64,000 nucleotides of DNA. Source: the human T2T-CHM13v2.0 reference genome, Homo sapiens. The stretch's first letter is position 1, and the number at the start of each line of letters is the position of its first letter. The position numbers and the translations under genes are program-made. Location of the stretch: NCBI RefSeq assembly GCF_009914755.1, contig NC_060933.1. One strand, 5' to 3'. Shown here piece by piece: positions 35,549 through 64,000 of this stretch. A model generated the notes under the pieces. That model was given only the letters and a program-made list of their open reading frames with translations, was not told the origin of the DNA and ran no database searches.

Positions 35549-35678
35549 TGTTACCCTGGGTTCCTCCGAGTGCACAAGCTTACCGCGAAGCTGACCACGG
35601 ACGTACTCGTTTTGTCCTAAACTATCACACCATAGCGTATCTTCACCTTACAGAACGGAACCCACGATGGGTGCCAGA

Positions 35679-36657
35679 TGAAGGGGGCCTGCCCCTCCAC
35701 ACCTGTGGGTATTTCTCACAAGGTGGAGACGAGAGACTGAGAAAAGGAAATAAGACACAAAGTATAAAGGAAGAAAAGTGGGCCCAGGGGACCGGCGCTC
35801 AGCAAGTGCGGACCCACGCCAGCACTGGTCTCTGAGTTTCCTCAGTATTTATTGATCACTAGCTCTACTATCTCGGCGACGGGGATGTGGCAGGACTATA
35901 GGGTAATGGTGGGGAGAAGGTCAGCAGGAAAACATGAGCAAAGGACTCTGTGTCATAAATAAGTTTAAGGAAAGGTGCTGTGCCTGGATGTGCACGTAGG
36001 CCAGGTTTATGTTTGACTTTACACAAACATCTCAGTGCAGTAAAGAGCAGTATTGCCGCCAGCATGTCTCACCTCCAGCCACAGGGCGGTTTTCTCTTAT
36101 CTCAGTAAATAGAATGTACGGTTGGGTTTTACACCAAGACATTCCATTCCCAGGGACGAGCAGGAGACAGATGCCTTCCTCTTATCTCAACTGCAAAGAG
36201 GCCTCCCTCTTTCACTAATCCTCCTCAGCACAGACCCTTTATGGTTGTCAGCCTGGGGGACGGTAAGGCCTTTCCCTTCCCACGAGGCCATATCTCAGGC
36301 TGTCTCAGTGGGGGGAAACCTGGACAATACGCAGGCTTTCTTGGGCAGAGGTCCCTGCGGCTTTCCGCAGTGCACTGTGTCCCTGGTTAATGGAGAATGG
36401 AGAATGGTGATGACTTTTACCAAGCGTACTGCCTGCAAACACATTGTTAACAAGGCACATCCTGCACGGCCCTAAATCCCCTAAACCTTGAGTCAATACA
36501 GCACATGTTCCTGTGAGCACAGGGTTGGGGCTAAGGTTACAGATTAACAGCATTTCAAAGCAGAATAATTTTTCTTAGTACAGATCAAAATGGAGTTTCT
36601 TATGTCTTCCTTTTTCTACACAGACACAGTAACAGTCTGATCTCTCTTTTCCCCACA
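35679..36657 (-). mobile_element. 5' LTR of the HML-2 provirus
   Basis: TG...CA termini; followed by the PBS TGGCACCCATCGTGGG at 35676-35661. Confidence 0.93.
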
Positions 36658-36710
36658 AATGGCATTAAATTATTTCCATATATTATAGAGTAGGTCCTTC
36701 CACATTTTGA

Positions 36711-36983
<273 letters not shown>

Positions 36984-38251
36984 TAACTCCTGACCTTGTG
37001 ATCCACCTGCCTCGGCCTCCCAAGGTGCTGGGATTACAGGCGTAAGCCACCGCACCTGGCCAAGATTTCATCTTTTTACCTCATATTTCTTAGGAATTTA
37101 ATGGTTATATGTTGTCTTTTTTCCCATGCCTTTTGGCTCAAGCAACACGTATATCAGTGTTGACTTTTTCTTTCTTTGATCTAGTTTAAAAAAAAAAACC
37201 ACATAATAATTCTTTGAAGAAAGGAAGGGGTTAATTTTTTTCCCTAGCACTTTCTTGAAGATCAGGGACTTTATCGATGAAAAAGTAGTAAATAGTTATT
37301 TGTAACCTGTGTGAAGCAGCAGCCTGACTTGAAGTCCTCCGTTCTTGCTAATGGTTACACCAGTGAATACTAGTGGAATTGTTTGGGCTGATTTTAGTTT
37401 CTCTTAATCAAAATTACTAGATGATAGAATTCAAGAACTTGTACATGTTATTACTTGGTGTATCGATAATTATTTGAAAGTAAAGACTCTTTGTCATGCA
37501 AAACAAAAGGAGTTTGAGGCTCAGCTACTAAGCTGCTGGTTACAGAACCACTTTGCTAAACAGTGATTTTATACATCCCCACTCCGTGGTGGCTTATGAG
37601 AAATTCAATCCCTGATTGTAGTCCTCAAGCAAAATAACACTGACAATCATCAGGCCTCTGCAAGTGTGGGAATGAGGCCCGGCCGGGGGGAGGAGCGCAC
37701 GCTCTCAGCCACGCCCCGCCCGGTGCCCGCCTTCGCCCCGCCCAGTCGTCGCCGGAGGTCACAGGGCCCAAGCTCCTAGAGGCGTGGCCAGGCCCCAGGC
37801 CCCACCCCTCTCCCCTGCGCTCTAGCAGGCTCGATCCATGCTCCGCCCCCAATCCAAGGCCCTGGCCCCTCCGCCTGCACCCGGCAGGACCCGCCTCTTA
37901 GAACCCGACACCTCCGCCTGCGCAGGCCCGCTCCCCGGTCCTGTCTCTCAGGCCCCGCCCCCAGGTCGCGTCTCCAAAGTCCCGTCTCTCAGGCCCCGCC
38001 CCCAGATCACGTCTCCCAGGTCCCGCCCCCTCCGCCTGCTGCCGCGCGGACCCGCCCTCAGGCGCCGTCTCCTAGGCCCCGCCCCCTCCGCCTGTTCCAG
38101 CGCGGGCCGGTCCCTAGGCCTCGCCCCCAGATCCGGGCCCTGCCCCTCCGTCCGTAACTGCGCAGGCCTGTCCTCTGGGCCACACCCCCAGGTTCCCGTC
38201 CCGCCCTTCCGCCTGCGCCTGCGCAGGCCCGCTCCCCGAGCCCTGCCAACC

Positions 38252-39713
<1,462 letters not shown>

Positions 39714-40772
39714 GAGAGCTCCAGCAGGGGCACAGAGGATTGGGGGCAGGAGGAGTCTGGAACACAGCCTTCATGCCCCCTGACCCCAGGCCGACCCTCC
39801 CCACACCCTAGGGTACCCCAGTCGTATCCTCTGTCCGCATGTGTGGCCAGGCCTGACAAACACCTGCAGATGGCTGCTGCCCCAACCTGGGACCTGCCCA
39901 GGAGGTTGGAGCAGAAAGGGCTCTCCCTGGGGTGGTGTTTCTCCTCTAGGGTATTGGGATGCATGTTCTGCACTGCCAGCAGAGAGGGTGTGTCTGGGGG
40001 CCACCACCTATGGGACACGGGGTCGAAGGGGCCTGTACACTCTGTCATTTCCTTTCTAGCCCCTGCATCTCCAACAAGTCCAAGGTGACAGCTGGTGCTA
40101 GGGGCGTGGGGTTAATAAATGGCTTATCCTTCTCTCCACCCAAGTTTCCACCTGACCAGGTGAAAAACAAATCAGAAGGGTAAGATGATGACAGGTCACA
40201 TGAAACCTTTATTACCCTACAGTTGATATATGAGGATCACATGCAAGTTACATACTGAGGATGTACAGGGAAGTTCCCAGCGCTGAACCCCAGAATTAGA
40301 CGTTCGCATCAGCCCCGTAGGCCACGTGACACCACCACAGCCTCTCTGTATGGGGGTCTGCCTCTGTAGCACTTGGCATGTAGGGGCAGAGCAAAAGGGG
40401 CCAGGCTGGCCAGAGCCTGGCTGCTGGGAGAGGAGGGACTTGTGGGCCACGCCCACCTGCCTATCATTCCCCACTCATCTATTAGCCAAAGTCACTCCCC
40501 AGAGGCAGAGCTAGCCCGTTGTAGCCGTGTCTGTGTGGAGGGAAAGCTTCTGAGTGGGCAAGCCTACACACAGCCCCGAGCCCCAAGAGGAGGAAGAGGT
40601 GGAGACCAGACGGAACCTCCACAAGTCCATCATGGTTACAGCTGGCTTCCCCGCAGCACCGAAGACCCACAGCATGGGCCCTGCTGCCCCCGACCCAGCT
40701 CAGCTGCCACGCCTCACCTTGCCAGGCACTGGAAAGAAAGTTTATTGAGTACCTACTGGGCCTTCAGAGTGA

Positions 40773-41333
<561 letters not shown>

Positions 41334-42106
41334 TAAAAGTCCAAGTGAGTGGTCCAGGGTTGACAGGGAATCGGGGACCAGGCTCCTTTCAGTCTGCTCC
41401 CTGCTGTAATGGTCTCTGTTCCCAAATCTGCCTCATGGCCCCAGGCGGCTGCACCAGCTTCGGCCATTGTGTCTTTATCTCATTTAAGAGGCAGGAGAGA
41501 GGGCAGCTTGCCTGCCACTGCTGCTCTCACTCTGTTGGCCTGAACGAAGTCATCAGGCACATCCAGTGCCAGGATGCTCAGGAAGGCAGAGTTGCTCTGG
41601 GCAGCCATGCGCCCACTAAAATTCAGGTGTTTTATATCTGAGGAAGAAGGACAGCAGGTAGGCTCTGCCTCAGCTAGATTCCAAGCCTGGCCCCCAAGAA
41701 CGAGGGGGAGGTAAGCAGACCACACCCTTAGCAGGACATCCCAGCACCCTGAGGGTGAGGCCTGGGTGGGAGGGAGAGAAGGGAGAACCTGGAGTTTGCC
41801 TGGACTGGCTTTCCAAAAACAGTGACCAGAAAGGGAAGGGATCTATGTGACAGCACATGGGCAAAGGCCATTGTCGGGCTGGCTTGGGTCCCCCCAAATT
41901 TCTGTCCCCCAGGACCTCTGCATGTCTCTGTATTTGAAGACAGGGGCTTTCCAGAGGTCATTAAGGTAAAATGAGGTCATTGGGGTGTCCTCATAAGAAG
42001 AGGAAATTAGGACACAGACACACAGAGGGACGGCCACGTGAGGACACAGAGAAGACAGCATCTGCAAGCCAAGGAGAGGGGCCTCAGGAGACACCAGCCC
42101 TGCTGA

Positions 42107-42682
<576 letters not shown>

Positions 42683-43242
42683 TAATTCCCAAAGGAAAGT
42701 GGGGGTGAAGCAGGGTGGGCTCCAGACAGCACAGAGAGGTCAGGGACAGAAGTCAGAAGAGATAAGGTGGGGGTGTCCCAAGAGCCAGGTTACCCAGTGC
42801 ATGGAGTTTGGACTTGGGGCTGGGGGTGGGGGGTGCAGAGGGAGGTCCCGTAAGGCAGTATCAGAATAGTATCAGAATCGTTTTAGGAGGCTCGGCCTGC
42901 TGCTTTGTGGAGGATGGCTTGGGGCATGGGAGGGGCCAGGGAGGGAACCCAGTGCAGGTGTGAGCTGCCGGTGCTGCAGACCCATCACAAACCTCCCCCT
43001 CAAAGAAAGCACATCCGCCCGGCAGAGCTCCTAAGCCTCGAGCAGCTGCCAGGAGACTCATTTCAATTAGGACACATGTCTGGAGGCCACCCCAAGGTGG
43101 CTGGGGGCAGAGTGAGGCAGGAGGCCCTGCAATTCCAGGGTTGCCCAGGCACTGAGAATCCTGGCTCTCATCATAATGGGCTGAGGTTCTGGGGACAATC
43201 TGAGTGGCGGCTCTGAGCAAGCTGAGCCCAGGGAGGCTTTGA

Positions 43243-56940
<13,698 letters not shown>

Positions 56941-57506
56941 TCTTTGTTGACTTCCTACTGAGTTTGAAGACAGAATATTAGCTACGCCACACATTCTCGC
57001 CTTTTTTTTAAAAGAAGCGTTTGTAAGAGACGTATCTAGAAAAGCTCCAGAAGGCACGGGCTGACTTGCGACTGTAGGAGACATCCCATTTCTCGTAGGA
57101 AGGAGGAGTCATTTACGGACTCCTGAGTGCCTGGGACGCTCCATTCCTTTGTTATAAATTGTGTAAATTGTCCTCGACCTCTTATGAGTTTTTCCATCTT
57201 GCGGGCTCTTTCCCAGTAGTTTTTGAAAGCTTTTATGTGGTTCCCTGTTTTGACATTGCTTCCCTCTTAGCCATTTCCGTATGTTTCTATGAGGTTTTAG
57301 GACGCTACGCCTATCCAGTTTTTTGGTCACTTTAAGGGGAGCCTTAGAGCCTCCGTGATATTTCCATGGTAATGTAGAATTTTAAGAACTAATGATCAGA
57401 AAGACTCTTGTGCAGGTTTAAAAGCAAGTTCATGAATTCGCGTGCCGTGTGCACGGAGAGAGGCCGTAGTTCCTGGGGCTGGAGCTAGTCCAGGAGGACA
57501 GTGAAG

Positions 57507-58190
57507 ATGTCGCCTTCCTTAGTCCCCCGGCCTGTGAGCAAGAGGAAGCTGCAGACCACTCGGGCCACCCTCACCCAGACACCTTTAGCAGTAAGCAAGA
57601 TAAAACAACTTCTTAAAGATAAGTCTGAGCATCTAGGTATGAAAGTTGGTGTCCGGGCCGGGCACGGTGGCTCATGCCTGTAATCCCAGCACTTTGGGAG
57701 GCCAAGGCGGGCAGATCACGAGGTCAGGAATTCGAGACCAGCCTGGCCAACATAGTGAAACACCGTCTCTACTAAAAATACGAAAAAAAAATTTAAAAGA
57801 AAGTTGATGTCCGAACCAAGGGCCGTATTGGCTTTTCTTATACTCTAGAACATACGACGACAAAGAAGATTTTGATGAAGTTCAAATTAGAGTCAGCGTG
57901 CTCATCAGAAAGAAAGCGCAGCCAACACGTTTAGGAACAGAAACGGATTATGTTGAAGACAAACAATCCATTGCGTTTGTGTTCAGTAACCCAAGCATCA
58001 AAGGAACTTGTGGCTGGGGAGAAGGCTTGACTATTTGAAATCTCAGGACTCCTCTGTCCAGGAGCTCCCAGACTCCCGTGGAGTGGAAGCCTGGGGGCTC
58101 GCTGAAGAAGTCACGTGACTGGAACGTGCTTAATGCTTGGCTGTCTGGTAAGGAAAATAAAGTGGTGCATTTTGAATAAAAATAAAAGCT
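57507..58190 (+). pseudogene. ISCA1 (iron-sulfur cluster assembly 1) processed pseudogene in RABL6 intron 1
   Basis: Intronless [42 protein letters not shown] [half Alu] ..LGTETDYVEDK..FVFSNPSIKGTCGWGE..TGA at 58036-58038; degraded Cys motifs; AATAAA cluster at about 58155-58187. Confidence 0.9.
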
Positions 58191-58689
58191 GATTTTAAAT
58201 GTGTTATAATTGAAACTTTATACATAGCTGGCATTCGGAGAAGAGAATATTGAGTCAAAATAACTGAGTTTACGCCAGTTTTTAGACTCTGCGTTTGGAT
58301 CCTTTATTTAATTTTATTGCTTACAGTATTGGCTAAGCTCAGTATTAGTCCCTGGGAAATCAGGCCTGGACCTGGAAACTGTTCACCTTCTGAAAAGGCT
58401 CCCCGAGGGTCCTGGGCAAGGTCCACCTCATGCACCAGGACCACCCCTGTGTGGTCCTGGGCGAGTGTGACTAAAAAGGGCAATGGGGTCCTTCCAGAGG
58501 AGAAAAGCCAGTCTCCAGTACTTGGAGAACAGGTTATGATCTCCTAGAACTGAATGAAAGGTGGTGAGACAGAGAGAAATTTGAATTTGTACCTAAATTA
58601 CATTTTAGAAAGATGTTATCTTTATAGCTGAATAACATGCAATTTTAAAACTTTTGAGTTTCTGTGTTAGAATAGAAAGTTTCTAGTAT

Positions 58690-63690
<5,001 letters not shown>

Positions 63691-64000
63691 ACCAAGTAGT
63701 CTGAAGCTGCTGAGGATGGGAAATCTTTGCAGGGTGCAGAGTGGGAGAGGAGCAAGGTGTGGCTGACACCAGCTGCAGCACAGGCTGTCAGGGTGGGGAG
63801 GTGGCTGGGCCCTTGTAATGGGCCCAGGAGATGCTGCTGGCACTGTGAGAGGGCCTGGTTAGGAGTTAAACCTTCATGCATCTGAGATAAATCATAAGCT
63901 CTTCTTGGTATGAAAATGTAAGAAAATTATTCCATATTTTGCAGGAAAGCTGCAGGAATGTGAAGGAGTTAAATTGAATCAGGGTAAGAAAGGCTCAGGG

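Overview
This is human-type genomic DNA that I recognise as the distal 9q34.3 lipocalin/TMEM141/CCDC183/RABL6 region. It contains four complete spliced genes whose exons I traced by hand: LCN8 (-, 152 aa from ATG), LCN15 (-, 184 aa), TMEM141 (+, 108 aa) and CCDC183 (+, 534 aa). It also contains coding exon 1 of RABL6 (+). Between and within these genes lie a 9.46-kb defective HERV-K (HML-2) provirus inserted into an ATP6V1G1 processed pseudogene, solo LTRs (LTR13 x2, LTR5-type, MER11 fragment), ISCA1 and nucleolin processed pseudogenes, about 30 Alus and several minisatellites. Most ORF-track entries are GC-rich, Alu or repeat artefacts. I found no CRISPR array, RNA gene or prokaryote-style novel system. 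The best leads are: (1) a 67-68 bp VNTR that copies the CCDC183 exon-6 splice donor 27 times, plus a second independent donor duplication at exon 9; (2) an intact in-frame signal-peptide leader for LCN8 that starts at ACG rather than ATG; (3) an LTR13 inserted in the HERV-K protease active-site codons; (4) a minisatellite with an internal inversion. Gene and repeat family names come from recognition and memory, not database searches.
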